From NCBI GenBank assembly GCA_964585475.1, contig CAZPDF010000006.1, forward strand, positions 8,531 through 72,530: DNA of 64,000 nt, read 5' to 3'. Position 1 is the first letter of the stretch. Each line of letters starts with the position of its first letter. Origin of the DNA: an uncultured Candidatus Saccharibacteria bacterium (GTDB taxonomy: Bacteria > Patescibacteriota > Minisyncoccia > Sungbacterales > HO2-52-23). The position numbers were made by a program, and so were the translations under genes. Shown in pieces: positions 21,601-30,239 of the stretch. Below the pieces are notes generated by a model. That model did no database searches. It worked only from the letters and a program-made list of their open reading frames with translations, and had not been told where the DNA came from.

Positions 21601-22312
21601 AATGCTAAAGCGATCCGAGAAAGCGGGATTGATCCTTAAGCCCGTAAGCGAATTTGAGGATTATCTCGAGATTGCGTTTGACACCTGTGATCTCGGCTTC
21701 ATCAACTTGGGGACCGGAAATCATGGTTTGAGCACCACGGAGGACAATCTTTCCGAAGGCGTAATTTTCGCCGAGATAATGAAACCGTATCTAATGATGC
21801 GTCCCCATTGGCACGATAAACCGGAGCTCTTGGATCGCTATGTAACCGGACCCACTTTTGGCAATAAGTTCATCGCATTCGGAACCGTCAAGGCCCCGGG
21901 CGGGTATGAATACGGGTTTGACCTTAGAAACTCCCCTGCTACCAATACGGTTGACTGGGGCAATACGGTACGAGCCGGTGCCCGGACCGACCTAAGACGA
22001 GCAAACTACGGCGCAAGAATATTCGAAGAGAAACTAACCGTCATAATCACAGGAGATAAACACTTCTTGTCAGCACTCCTCATGGCCTTGCGGCTTCACT
22101 TAATGTCGCCTGCCGGAACTCACACAGACGCCTACGGCGAGCGCGGATTTCCGCCGAATGGCTCCGGCATTGCCCTTCTCGGACTTCCCGCCGAGGGCCC
22201 GGCATCAGGTCCAATCCTTATCCGTTACCTCCTTCTTCACCACCTCCGAGATTACATCGAGAAAAATCCCCGGCAGCTTGACTTTGAAGCGCTTCTCGTG
22301 AATCCTCTGTAA
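18656..22312 (+). CDS. Large protein with a C-terminal calcineurin-like metallophosphoesterase domain and coiled-coil inserts
   Basis: TDQHYG, VNDD, GTGNHG, ITGDKH motifs; coiled coil at about aa 555-645. Confidence 0.6.
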   Translation: MYSGKWNPETREGKKRLEHLLVIVKRLTYREDLKAELKKESMFAGFSTNVVLNKLNREQMTNPTSALSRAWAAIPLKPHVAIRLFPDEKRREALKQALTDPAKTLDDIERDFPEYKLLLKNQRDSINRFFGITRPHSGWTSRLGKKTPTPVSAKEEPTHSKNWWIRLTEEQKQEFLADYRKDYRLTGNTNDDYCEKWTRITGEQVSAESLSKAARYFGETRNRVQIVAEYKTIAQVLKAMDDRITQLILAGTLAEAGLDVLFETIKQEFREDLEKVQFNLTQEYFTKRTDKLVWTEGKAGALTELNDFIDKGFTAEKFHEYHRHIPLEMIKAKILQLTGTTNIENPPPFVATAFARGIGRLIGDIPEAETEPFQRAMKEFKIPEISFDQPLDIPFRDIKNFRTGVINGPNLGILHAPRIENNTFRQALAFAKLRGWEHLFLHGIFDLDMTKAEGPVKGIRALYSGRNTNIDVLDPGYQEEARRIIRAIEANEFTNEILYETAKEALMNLLRGLWKVMLHNKKPVFPGRISVILGPKEFDAITAAAHAEILYATLCKQEELKLERGAAANAVRRHQKQLSKLEGRIWDYEFELSQGPNPQDEEALRAKIEAVRQKIDETKQKIASHKQKVRELKKMEARTRMTNVRPEEWQRFHKIALTLVSILIERAIPNSKVISLGSTYIKVGPEPKDKIKFVIPGNLKITDASVSNYANTYSTEALSMKMAETIIICPPYSVGYAMTAREVDSKGTRGYASRIYNALTCIDGPFIREKTKNVIRESHPIGQLANHPMFQGGILEINCVDGMVTANPVTTETLASCERRAKGLIHGKNALADKYIWVMIATDQHYGGRAKEFLEDRETGKSLGMAEAVFHLMRKAGYGDGDKLPPFHIFTVNDDPTQGHHFPAEKEPHRHEMQYHRYEKELNKLRAQYRTEKNPRIKEALMEKIAAFSKRQVRVRGTDSYTRQMQDFIHRHIKGNIDMFSGMLKRSEKAGLILKPVSEFEDYLEIAFDTCDLGFINLGTGNHGLSTTEDNLSEGVIFAEIMKPYLMMRPHWHDKPELLDRYVTGPTFGNKFIAFGTVKAPGGYEYGFDLRNSPATNTVDWGNTVRAGARTDLRRANYGARIFEEKLTVIITGDKHFLSALLMALRLHLMSPAGTHTDAYGERGFPPNGSGIALLGLPAEGPASGPILIRYLLLHHLRDYIEKNPRQLDFEALLVNPL

Positions 22313-22328
22313 AATCCAAAAAACAAAT

Positions 22329-22351
22329 AGTCCCCCAAAAGGGGACTTTTA
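22329..22351 (+). terminator. Intrinsic terminator
   Basis: agtcccc caaaa ggggact followed by a T-tract. Confidence 0.6.
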
Positions 22352-22419
22352 AATTCCGGGTGGTTCGGCGGAATTTTCCAAAAACAAAAAAAGTCACCCG
22401 CTAGGGCGACTGTGCTAAA

Positions 22420-23028
22420 TTAAAAAGGCAGCTCGGTAATTACTTCATCAATTACGCCGTGGGTTCCCATGGCCTTGGCTTGGGTAACATCAAGCCAGTA
22501 ATCCAGTTTTTTTGTTTTGGCCAGCAACTCCTCAATGTCTAGTCCGATTCTTTGCGCAATGATATTCATAACGATTCGGTTGATACGCTTCATCTCGTCT
22601 GCCCGCTCTTCTGTGACATTCACCTCTTCCTCTCGAAAAAGAATTGAATCGCTGACTTGGTGGAGGAGAAATTGCGTATGCGGAGTTGCGAATCTTTTGG
22701 TGCCCGCCTGGATAATCACGGAAGCCATGGAGGCCACAAGACCCATGCCAACGATATTTACAGTAATCCCCCTTGCAGTGATAACCCCAATCGCATCGTG
22801 TATTCCAATACCGTAATATACATCGCCACCGGGAGAATTTAGTATGATCCAAATCGGTAGCTTCTCGGACAAGCAGCGTTCGCTTATATACACGAGGTCG
22901 CGACAGAAATTACCACACACGGCAGCGTCAACCGCATCGTCGATAAATAAAATCCGTCTAGCTCTAAGATTATAATCCCGTTCATCTTCGGTCCTTAAAA
23001 GAGACGGTTTTCTTGACGGTTCGGGCAT
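22420..23028 (-). CDS. clpP: ClpP-family serine protease
   Basis: LNSPGGDV, VASMAS (Ser), LLHQ (His), DYWLD (Asp); start MPEPS. Confidence 0.9.
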   Translation of the reverse strand: MPEPSRKPSLLRTEDERDYNLRARRILFIDDAVDAAVCGNFCRDLVYISERCLSEKLPIWIILNSPGGDVYYGIGIHDAIGVITARGITVNIVGMGLVASMASVIIQAGTKRFATPHTQFLLHQVSDSILFREEEVNVTEERADEMKRINRIVMNIIAQRIGLDIEELLAKTKKLDYWLDVTQAKAMGTHGVIDEVITELPF

Positions 23029-23201
23029 CGCTTTTCTCCTTTTAGGTTCTGATGCCAGAATAGGGCCTATATAGGAAAATTGCAATATTCAACCATTCCC
23101 CCCTTCGGGGGATTTTTTGCTTCTTGGCGCGTTCGTACCTATACCCGTAGTTTGATATAATAAAATAAGCATCTTCACAATGAAAAATACGGGAGAAAAC
23201 G

Positions 23202-25271
23202 ATGCTTGATAAGGACCAGGGGCCGCCGATATCTTCCACCCGCGTATTTTCTGGAAGCGTGCCGTTAAAGAGGGTCCATCTGCCAAACATAGTGCTTTTT
23301 CCTTCCGGACTTCACGGCGATCTTAAGTTCACGGAAAAGGAAATAAGGGCCGGGTATCTTGAATATACGAGGCCCAAACCTTATCTTGTGCTCCAGCCGC
23401 AAATTACCCGAAATCCCAATATCGGCATAGGGCTTCTCGGAAAAATCTTAAATAGACGCGAGGAAAACGGTGTGCAAAGATTCGACCTTATGGGCATCCT
23501 GCGCGTACGCATTACCGGAATAGAAAATAAAAAAGGTATGCTGTTTGCGAAAATACTCCCCATTTTAGATCGCCCGTCCCCTACAGAAATTGAGCAAAAC
23601 CCGGATTTTCATTCAGCACTGCCAATATTTAAGGGCCTTTGTGAAGAATTGCTGGAAGGAATTGACGATGAACTTACCGCAGAGCAGTGGCTGCAGGCAA
23701 TCATGGAAAAAGCAAGAAATGCGGATTCCGAAACCATATCCCAAGTCATTGATGCGATCATGAATCTTCTCAACCACCTTGAAATCGGCGGAGGGGACGG
23801 CTTTGACATGTCTATGCCTTCCGTCATCATTTTCCAGGAAGAAGACACGCTGAAACGCCTTATGCTCTGCATCGGGCTTCTGGACAAGCTACTCCACGGC
23901 GAAATTATTGAGAAACCGCCTGAAAAAAGGGGAAGAGATGGCCACAAGATCCGTAAGCCGGATGATGATCCCGTAAAGATTGCCACGCATGATCAAAAAA
24001 TAGTTAGCAGAAAGGAGCTCGTGAACGTAATATTCTATGACGAAGCGGCTCCTCCGGATAATACTGATCCGGACGAAACGGCTGAACTGGATATTCCGGA
24101 AAGCACTGACCCGCCGATTATTGCTAAAAGCAGAGAATTTCTGTCAGGGAGAGTCATCGGGCAAGACAGGGCCATCCGCACTATTGTTCGTTCTTTCAAT
24201 CTGGCCAAGGCCGGAATATTTCCCAAAGAAGGGCCCCTGCTGATTCTTTATTGCGCTGGTCCCTCTCGGGTTGGAAAAACGGAAACCGCTTTTGCGCTCG
24301 GCGACATGCTCTGGCAACTGGAAAAAGACGTACTGGCTAGAGCCAAAGAGAAAGGGCAAAAGCTTCCCTTCTCGGAAGAAGATATTGCATCGCCCCCGCT
24401 TATTAAAATTGATTGTGGTCTATTGGCGGGATCCTTGACGCACGGCGCATCAAATCTTATTGGGGCGCCGGCGGGATTTGTGGGGAGCAAAGGCACTGGC
24501 AAATCTGCACAGCCACCCATTCTCTCGCCGAAAAATTTCCCTTCCAACAGAATTAGGGTTCTCCTTTTTGATGAATTTGAAAAAGCCATACTTCAATCGC
24601 GGGACTACGGAGCGGAATTAATCGGTATATTGGTTAATATGCTTGATAAGGGTATTCTCGTAAATAACTGGGGCGACGAAGTTTCTTTCCATCTCACCAT
24701 TGTCATCTTCACTTCTAACCTCGGCACCAAAGAAATCATGGACAAGGCCGAAGACCCCAAAATCGGTTTTGGCCGGGGAACCAAGAGGAAACATCTGACG
24801 GAGGAGGAGATAGAAAAGCTCAATGACCGTATTTACGAAAGCACGAGGGAGATCTACGAGAAAACGTTCCCGCAAGAATTCCGCAATAGAATAACGCGTT
24901 TCATCGTCTATCGATTCCTAACTTATTTGGACTATAGGGCGATCATCGCCAAGGAATTCGCCTATTTCCAAAAGGTTATAAAGGAGCAGTGCGGCATTGA
25001 GGTGGTGCTTAGCGAAGACGCAGTTCAATGGATGCTTTCGGAGATCCGTGCCGAGGAGGGAGTGCAGAAACTTAGGATTTTCATGGAGAAAGAAATTGCC
25101 GACCCGCTCGCTCGTGCCCACAATCTCGGGCGGCTCAAGCGCGGCAAAACATACGAGGTCTACACCAAACAAAAACCCGTAAAGCGTAACGGAAAAAATG
25201 GCGAAGACGGAGACAGCGAAACCAAAGCAGTATTCAAAATTAAAAAAGTAGAGCAGGGCTCGCCCCGTTAG
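23202..25271 (+). CDS. Lon N-terminal-like domain fused to a Clp-type AAA+ (D2/ClpX-like) ATPase
   Basis: N-term VPL..LPNIVLFP..IG.LGKI..G..RVRI; VIGQDRAI, Walker A GPSRVGKT, GAPAGFVG pore loop, Walker B LLFDEFEKA, TSNLG, IGF loop, EFRNRI. Confidence 0.82.
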   Translation: MLDKDQGPPISSTRVFSGSVPLKRVHLPNIVLFPSGLHGDLKFTEKEIRAGYLEYTRPKPYLVLQPQITRNPNIGIGLLGKILNRREENGVQRFDLMGILRVRITGIENKKGMLFAKILPILDRPSPTEIEQNPDFHSALPIFKGLCEELLEGIDDELTAEQWLQAIMEKARNADSETISQVIDAIMNLLNHLEIGGGDGFDMSMPSVIIFQEEDTLKRLMLCIGLLDKLLHGEIIEKPPEKRGRDGHKIRKPDDDPVKIATHDQKIVSRKELVNVIFYDEAAPPDNTDPDETAELDIPESTDPPIIAKSREFLSGRVIGQDRAIRTIVRSFNLAKAGIFPKEGPLLILYCAGPSRVGKTETAFALGDMLWQLEKDVLARAKEKGQKLPFSEEDIASPPLIKIDCGLLAGSLTHGASNLIGAPAGFVGSKGTGKSAQPPILSPKNFPSNRIRVLLFDEFEKAILQSRDYGAELIGILVNMLDKGILVNNWGDEVSFHLTIVIFTSNLGTKEIMDKAEDPKIGFGRGTKRKHLTEEEIEKLNDRIYESTREIYEKTFPQEFRNRITRFIVYRFLTYLDYRAIIAKEFAYFQKVIKEQCGIEVVLSEDAVQWMLSEIRAEEGVQKLRIFMEKEIADPLARAHNLGRLKRGKTYEVYTKQKPVKRNGKNGEDGDSETKAVFKIKKVEQGSPR

Positions 25272-25384
25272 ATTCAACGGGGCATTTTTGTACCATACTC
25301 CTCGATGCAGAAACCAAAACTAATTTTTAATTTAGAACCAAAAGAGTCTAACGGGGCTCGTAGTGGGCCCTGTTTTTTGTTAGA

Positions 25385-26029
25385 ATGTCTCCTATGACAA
25401 CCAAAGAAAAACTCATCGAGTCAATTATAAGAGATGGCTATCTTAAAAACCCGAAGATAATTGAGGCCTTTTTTGCGATTGACCGGGCAGAGTTTGTAGC
25501 ACCCGAATACTTGAAAGAATCGTACGAAAACTATCCCCTGCCGATCGGCGAGGGACAGACCATCTCCCAGCCCCTAACAGTTGCTTTTTTGCTTGAATTG
25601 CTTGATCCTCGGCCGGGCGAAAAAATTTTGGACATCGGCTCCGGCTCCGGATGGACCACGGCGCTTCTTGCCTATATCGTCGGCAAAAAAGGAAGAGTTT
25701 TCGGGATTGAACGGATAAAAAAGCTTTGCGATTTTGGAGAGACGAATGTGCGGAAATATAACTTTATTGAAAAGGGGATTGTGAAATTCTCGAGCGTTGA
25801 CGGGACGCTCGGCCTTCCCGAGCATGCGCCTTACGACAAGATTCTTGCCGGAGCCGCTGCCTCCAAGGAAATCCCCAAGGCCTGGCGGGAACAGCTTAAA
25901 ATCGACGGGAAAATAGTTGCCCCAGTCGGTGGAGCGGTCTGGCTTTTTATCAAAAAATCCGAAAAAAGATGGGAAGAGAATGGATATTCCGGATTCGCAT
26001 TTGTGCCGTTAATAAGCGATAAAGAATGA
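25385..26029 (+). CDS. pcm: Protein-L-isoaspartate O-methyltransferase
   Basis: LPIGEGQTISQP, LDIGSGSGW, APYDKI, FAFVPL. Confidence 0.95.
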   Translation: MSPMTTKEKLIESIIRDGYLKNPKIIEAFFAIDRAEFVAPEYLKESYENYPLPIGEGQTISQPLTVAFLLELLDPRPGEKILDIGSGSGWTTALLAYIVGKKGRVFGIERIKKLCDFGETNVRKYNFIEKGIVKFSSVDGTLGLPEHAPYDKILAGAAASKEIPKAWREQLKIDGKIVAPVGGAVWLFIKKSEKRWEENGYSGFAFVPLISDKE

Positions 26030-26032
26030 TCC

Positions 26033-27124
26033 ATGCCGGAAATCATGAATGAACAAAATAATACAAACGGGCCGGAAGCAAATCAGCAAAATGGCTTGGT
26101 ACCCGAGCGGATAAAATCGTTGCCGCATCCCATCCTTGTCGCCTGTCTCTTGTTGCTTGTCGCTACGACTGGTCTCGTCGCCAACGAAATCTATCGCCCG
26201 CATACCTCATTCAAAAACGCAAAATCGGTGGAGATTCCTTCCGGAATCGGGTCAAGAAAAATTGCCGAACTCTTAAAAAACGAGGGGGTCATACGGTCAA
26301 AATGGGGATTTGTTTTTTACATATCGCTCAAAGGGAAGGCCTCTCTTCTTAAGCCGGGCAGTTATCTATTTTCACGCCAAACCATTCCCGAGATAGTGCG
26401 GGATCTCATGCGCGGAGGAACTAATGAACGTGTCATTACCATTCCCGAGGGCTGGTCAACCAAAGATATTGCCGAATATTTTGAGCGGGAAGGTGTCATC
26501 CCGCGCAACGAGTTTCTCAAAATCTCCGGTGGTCAACACCCGGTGTTGACCATAGACAGATTTGATTTTTTAAAAGACCAACCCAGGGACGCTGGCCTCG
26601 AAGGATATCTTTTCCCAGATACCTACCGCGTTTTCAAAGATGCTAAGCTCGAAGATATTATAGTCAAAATGCTTGAAAATTTTGGGAGAAAAATAACGCC
26701 GGAACTACGAGAAGAAACCGCCCGCCAGAATAAAACGCTCTTTGAAATAATAACTATGGCCTCTCTCATTGAAAAAGAAGTAGTAACCGACGAAGACCGC
26801 GCTCTGGTTTCCGGAATTTTATGGAAACGGCTGTCTCTAGGAATAGGTCTTCAGGTTGATGCCACGATAATTTACATCACCGGCAAAAAATCTACGCGCG
26901 TCTCGCGAGAGGAAACCCAAATTGATTCTCTTTATAACACTTATAAATACCGCGGCCTGCCCGTGGGGCCTATTGCAAATCCGGGGCTTTCTGCAATCCG
27001 CGCGGCGATTTATCCTAAAGAATCTCCGTATCTTTATTATCTTTCTGCTCCGGACGGACGAACGATTTTCTCACAAACGCTTGATGAGCATAATGAAGCC
27101 AAGGCCAAGTACTTGACAAGATAG
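26033..27124 (+). CDS. mltG: Endolytic transglycosylase MltG
   Basis: TIPEG, LEGYLFPDTY, ASLIEKE, YNTYKYRGLPVGPIANPG. Confidence 0.95.
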   Translation: MPEIMNEQNNTNGPEANQQNGLVPERIKSLPHPILVACLLLLVATTGLVANEIYRPHTSFKNAKSVEIPSGIGSRKIAELLKNEGVIRSKWGFVFYISLKGKASLLKPGSYLFSRQTIPEIVRDLMRGGTNERVITIPEGWSTKDIAEYFEREGVIPRNEFLKISGGQHPVLTIDRFDFLKDQPRDAGLEGYLFPDTYRVFKDAKLEDIIVKMLENFGRKITPELREETARQNKTLFEIITMASLIEKEVVTDEDRALVSGILWKRLSLGIGLQVDATIIYITGKKSTRVSREETQIDSLYNTYKYRGLPVGPIANPGLSAIRAAIYPKESPYLYYLSAPDGRTIFSQTLDEHNEAKAKYLTR

Positions 27125-27216
27125 ATCGTCAAATATATACTAACCCAAGCTCTAATTGAAAAAGGTGTGAACATGAGCAAGTGCGTTGATGAGGTGAGAA
27201 AGGTGCACACACGGGG

Positions 27217-27244
27217 TTGACAAAAATCTTAAAAAGTATAAAAT
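27217..27244 (+). promoter_or_regulatory. Sigma70-like promoter
   Basis: TTGACA-16nt-TAAAAT upstream of the ORF at 27278. Confidence 0.5.
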
Positions 27245-27277
27245 AAATGTAGCCCTTAAAACAACTAGGCGTAGAAA

Positions 27278-27730
27278 ATGAGAAGATCTTCTCTTTCGGT
27301 TCTGCTAATCTTCATAGTCGTTTTCAGCGTAGCCATTCAAGAGACAAGTGCAGTAGTACCGGAATGTTGGGACCGCGATGGACTGGTTGTTACTAATTTC
27401 CATGTTCTCGTACAAATTGATGTACTCCTTCCACGACTTAGCGCCAAAGGTAGAATTGAACTCCGGCCCGGGTTATTCACCAACCGAAGCGGTTGCTTGC
27501 TTGAAATTCATACCCACGATGATTCCGGCCTCCTCCACATTGCAAGCGCTGTCAAAAAAGAATTTACCCTAGGGGATGTCATAGAAATCCTTGAGTCTAA
27601 GGGCATCTCTCTTAAAAATTCGGACGGATCACCACCCTCAGTAATCGCGGACAATTCGCGGATCGAATCCCTTCGAGATTACGCACTGCGTGATGGAATG
27701 GTTATCTTAATTTTTATAGAAATCAAATGA
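27278..27730 (+). CDS. Exported hypothetical protein
   Basis: Signal peptide; EIHTHDDSGLLHI and FTLGD motifs. Confidence 0.7.
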   Translation: MRRSSLSVLLIFIVVFSVAIQETSAVVPECWDRDGLVVTNFHVLVQIDVLLPRLSAKGRIELRPGLFTNRSGCLLEIHTHDDSGLLHIASAVKKEFTLGDVIEILESKGISLKNSDGSPPSVIADNSRIESLRDYALRDGMVILIFIEIK

Positions 27731-27776
27731 TATCTCCATAGCCGCCCTTCGGGGCATTTTAATTTCGCACTATTGA

Positions 27777-27901
27777 CCCCGTTAGAAGTCTGGGGTAGAA
27801 AAATTTCTATAAAATTTTTCTACGGGGAACTAAGCCGGGAGGAGGTTCAATGATTCAAGTTCCGGGTGGGTTTACGTTAGATAGAGCGACTTCTAACGGG
27901 G
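27777..27901. repeat. CCCCGTTAGAAG-family element flanked by a TTGA duplication
   Basis: TTGA 27773-27776 and 27902-27905; terminal IRs ccccgttagaagtc/gacttctaacgggg. Confidence 0.8.
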
Positions 27902-27929
27902 TTGACAGGATATTTATAACGACTATACT
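27902..27929 (+). promoter_or_regulatory. Probable rplJL promoter
   Basis: TTGACA-16nt-TATACT. Confidence 0.6.
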
Positions 27930-27940
27930 AGCCATAGTTT

Positions 27941-28108
27941 CCAAAGACAGTCCCGATTTTGTCTGCGGCTCTGCTGTAGCAACAAAATCGAGGATCCCGA
28001 CTCCAAGGGCGTCGGGATCGGCATGCCACTAAAAAAGGCAAGAAGTCCGACCGAGGAAAATCTACGCCAAGCCCAACTTGGCATAGGAGGATTTTTCTTC
28101 GGTCGCCT
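27941..28108 (+). promoter_or_regulatory. L10 ribosomal leader interrupted by a palindromic insert at 27952-28017
   Basis: AAGACAGT...TCGG...CCGACCGAGG resembles the L10 leader core; lies upstream of rplJ. Confidence 0.55.
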
Positions 28109-28121
28109 CAATGGCGATTTT

Positions 28122-28244
28122 TATAATTGGCAGCGAGGTAGAAGTGAAAATATCAATTTTCATTTCGACCGAGCGAACCAGTTATAATTGGCAATGAGGG
28201 AGAAGTAAAAATAGATTTTTACTTCGACCGAATGAACCGATTAT
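28122..28244. repeat. Two tandem ~60-bp imperfect repeats, each with a hairpin
   Basis: ttataattggca..gagg.agaagt.aaaata...tttt...ttcgaccga..gaacc x2. Confidence 0.7.
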
Positions 28245-28274
28245 ATCCAAAGATATATCAAGCGAAGCGAAGAT

Positions 28275-28796
28275 ATGTTAAATAAGTCACAAAAAGAGAA
28301 AATTGTCGAGGAGGTAGCCGATAAATTTAAAAGGCAGAAAATTGCGGTATTTACGGATTTTCACGGAGTTTCTGTTGCCAAATCTCAATCGCTCCGGCGT
28401 CTCCTGAAAGAGATACATGCCGAATACAAAGTGGCCAAAAAGACCCTCCTTGATCGAGCCCTTGAGAAAGCCGGCATTGGAATTAAGACCAAAGAACTAC
28501 AAGGGGAACTTGGCATAGCGTTCGGATACGGCGATGCGGTGGCCATGGCCAAATCTCTTGTTAAATTCGGCAAAAAGAACGCAACCTTCAAAATTCTTAA
28601 AGGACTTCTTGAAGGAAAAATACTGGAGGGCAAGGAAATTGTGGCGTTAGCCAAACTCCCGTCGCGCGAGATACTGATTGCCCAGTTTCTTGGAACATTG
28701 CAGGCGCCCATGAGAGGATTAGTTACTATTCTCGGGGGCAATATACGTAATTTGGTAGTGGTTTTACACAAGATTAAAGATAATAAATCCGCGTAG
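28275..28796 (+). CDS. rplJ: 50S ribosomal protein L10
   Basis: KVAKKTLL..AL, LAKLPSRE motifs. Confidence 0.96.
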   Translation: MLNKSQKEKIVEEVADKFKRQKIAVFTDFHGVSVAKSQSLRRLLKEIHAEYKVAKKTLLDRALEKAGIGIKTKELQGELGIAFGYGDAVAMAKSLVKFGKKNATFKILKGLLEGKILEGKEIVALAKLPSREILIAQFLGTLQAPMRGLVTILGGNIRNLVVVLHKIKDNKSA

Positions 28797-28886
28797 AATC
28801 AGCGTAGAAATCAGCGCATAATCAGCGGTCATAGTTAATCCGCTGATCGGACGCTGATATTGACGCTGAAATAGCGCTGATAAAAT

Positions 28887-29273
28887 ATGAAAAAAGAGGA
28901 ATTAATAGAATCCGTCGAGAAAATGTCCGTCCTTGAGCTCTCGGAGCTTGTAAAAGCGCTTGAGGAAAAATTCGGTGTATCTGCCGCCATGCCCATGATG
29001 ATGGGCGCAATGCCTACTGGCGGGGCCGGCAACGAGGATGAAGTGGAGAAAAAGGAAGAGAAAACCTCCTTTGCGGTGGAATTAACCGCTGGCGGGGGCC
29101 AGAAGATCCAAGTGATCAAAGTGCTTAGAGAGATCACGAGCCTCGGTCTCAAAGAAGCCAAGGATCTCGTGGATGCTGCCCCGAAAGTTGTGAAAGAGGG
29201 CGTCTCAAAGGAAGAGGCAGAGGAAATGAAAAAGAAGTTGGAAGTAGCAGGAGCAACAGTAACGATTAAATAA
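28887..29273 (+). CDS. rplL: 50S ribosomal protein L7/L12
   Basis: [19 protein letters not shown]; [11 protein letters not shown]. Confidence 0.98.
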   Translation: MKKEELIESVEKMSVLELSELVKALEEKFGVSAAMPMMMGAMPTGGAGNEDEVEKKEEKTSFAVELTAGGGQKIQVIKVLREITSLGLKEAKDLVDAAPKVVKEGVSKEEAEEMKKKLEVAGATVTIK

Positions 29274-29490
29274 GGGCTTTGTCCAAAAACCTTCCGTTAA
29301 CGGATGGTTTTTGGAAACAAAACCTTACCCCGCCCTTACTCTACTGCAGATTTTAATTGACAATTGGGTGGTTTAGCTGATATTACTATTTATCCCTTAC
29401 TACAAATCCAATAGTAGGGTAAGGGCGGGGTTCTCATACTTGTAACGAAATTTTGTTCGCTATAAATGTAGCTCCAAAATTTCGACAAAT

Positions 29491-30132
29491 ATGGCAGAAC
29501 AGATACTCGAAAAACTTTTCGAATCCGTCCCGAAAGTCCGGCTCTTGCGCCTTTTTATGCGAAACCCGGATGTCTACTTTTCGTTTCCCGAAATTTACAA
29601 AAGAAGTCAAGTCAAGCCGCGAGCCGCAAAAAAAGAGTTGGCAAAACTCCTTAAAATCGGCATAGCTAAGACAAAAATAGGGTATATTCGCGAGGAAATC
29701 AGAAGAAAATCCCGCTCTAAAAAAACGCCCAAAGTAATTATAAAAACCAAGAAAGCTAGAGTATATTATGCAGACAGCCGTTTTGAACTGCTGGATGAGC
29801 TTCGGGCTTTGGTAACCAAATCTGCGGTTGCTTCTCGCCAAAAACTAATCAAGCAAATAAGGGGGCTGGGGAAAATGAAGCTTGCGATAATTTCCGGTGC
29901 CTTCCTCAATAGCGATAATTCACGGACTGACCTCTTGATTGTCGGGGACCATATCAAGAAAAAGAAACTGGATAATTTTCTTGCGGAAATCGAATCGGAG
30001 CTTGGAAAATCTTTGCGCTATACTTCCATGGATACGAAAGAATTCAAATACCGTCTTGATATGTACGATCGTTTCCTCCGCGACATTCTTGAATATCCGC
30101 ATAAGAAATTAATAAATACTCTTCGTATCTAG
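29491..30132 (+). CDS. Conserved hypothetical protein (winged-helix plus nucleotidyltransferase-like domain)
   Basis: LF.S..KVRLLRLF HTH start; SG.F....SRTDLLIVGD. Confidence 0.7.
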   Translation: MAEQILEKLFESVPKVRLLRLFMRNPDVYFSFPEIYKRSQVKPRAAKKELAKLLKIGIAKTKIGYIREEIRRKSRSKKTPKVIIKTKKARVYYADSRFELLDELRALVTKSAVASRQKLIKQIRGLGKMKLAIISGAFLNSDNSRTDLLIVGDHIKKKKLDNFLAEIESELGKSLRYTSMDTKEFKYRLDMYDRFLRDILEYPHKKLINTLRI

Positions 30133-30239
30133 GCCGGCTCCAAAATCGTCCCGCTTCCATCGGGACGATTTTGATTTGAATTGACGATGCAAGATCACTG
30201 TGCTATCGTTCTGGTAGCTCATCACGGCAAGGGTGTATT

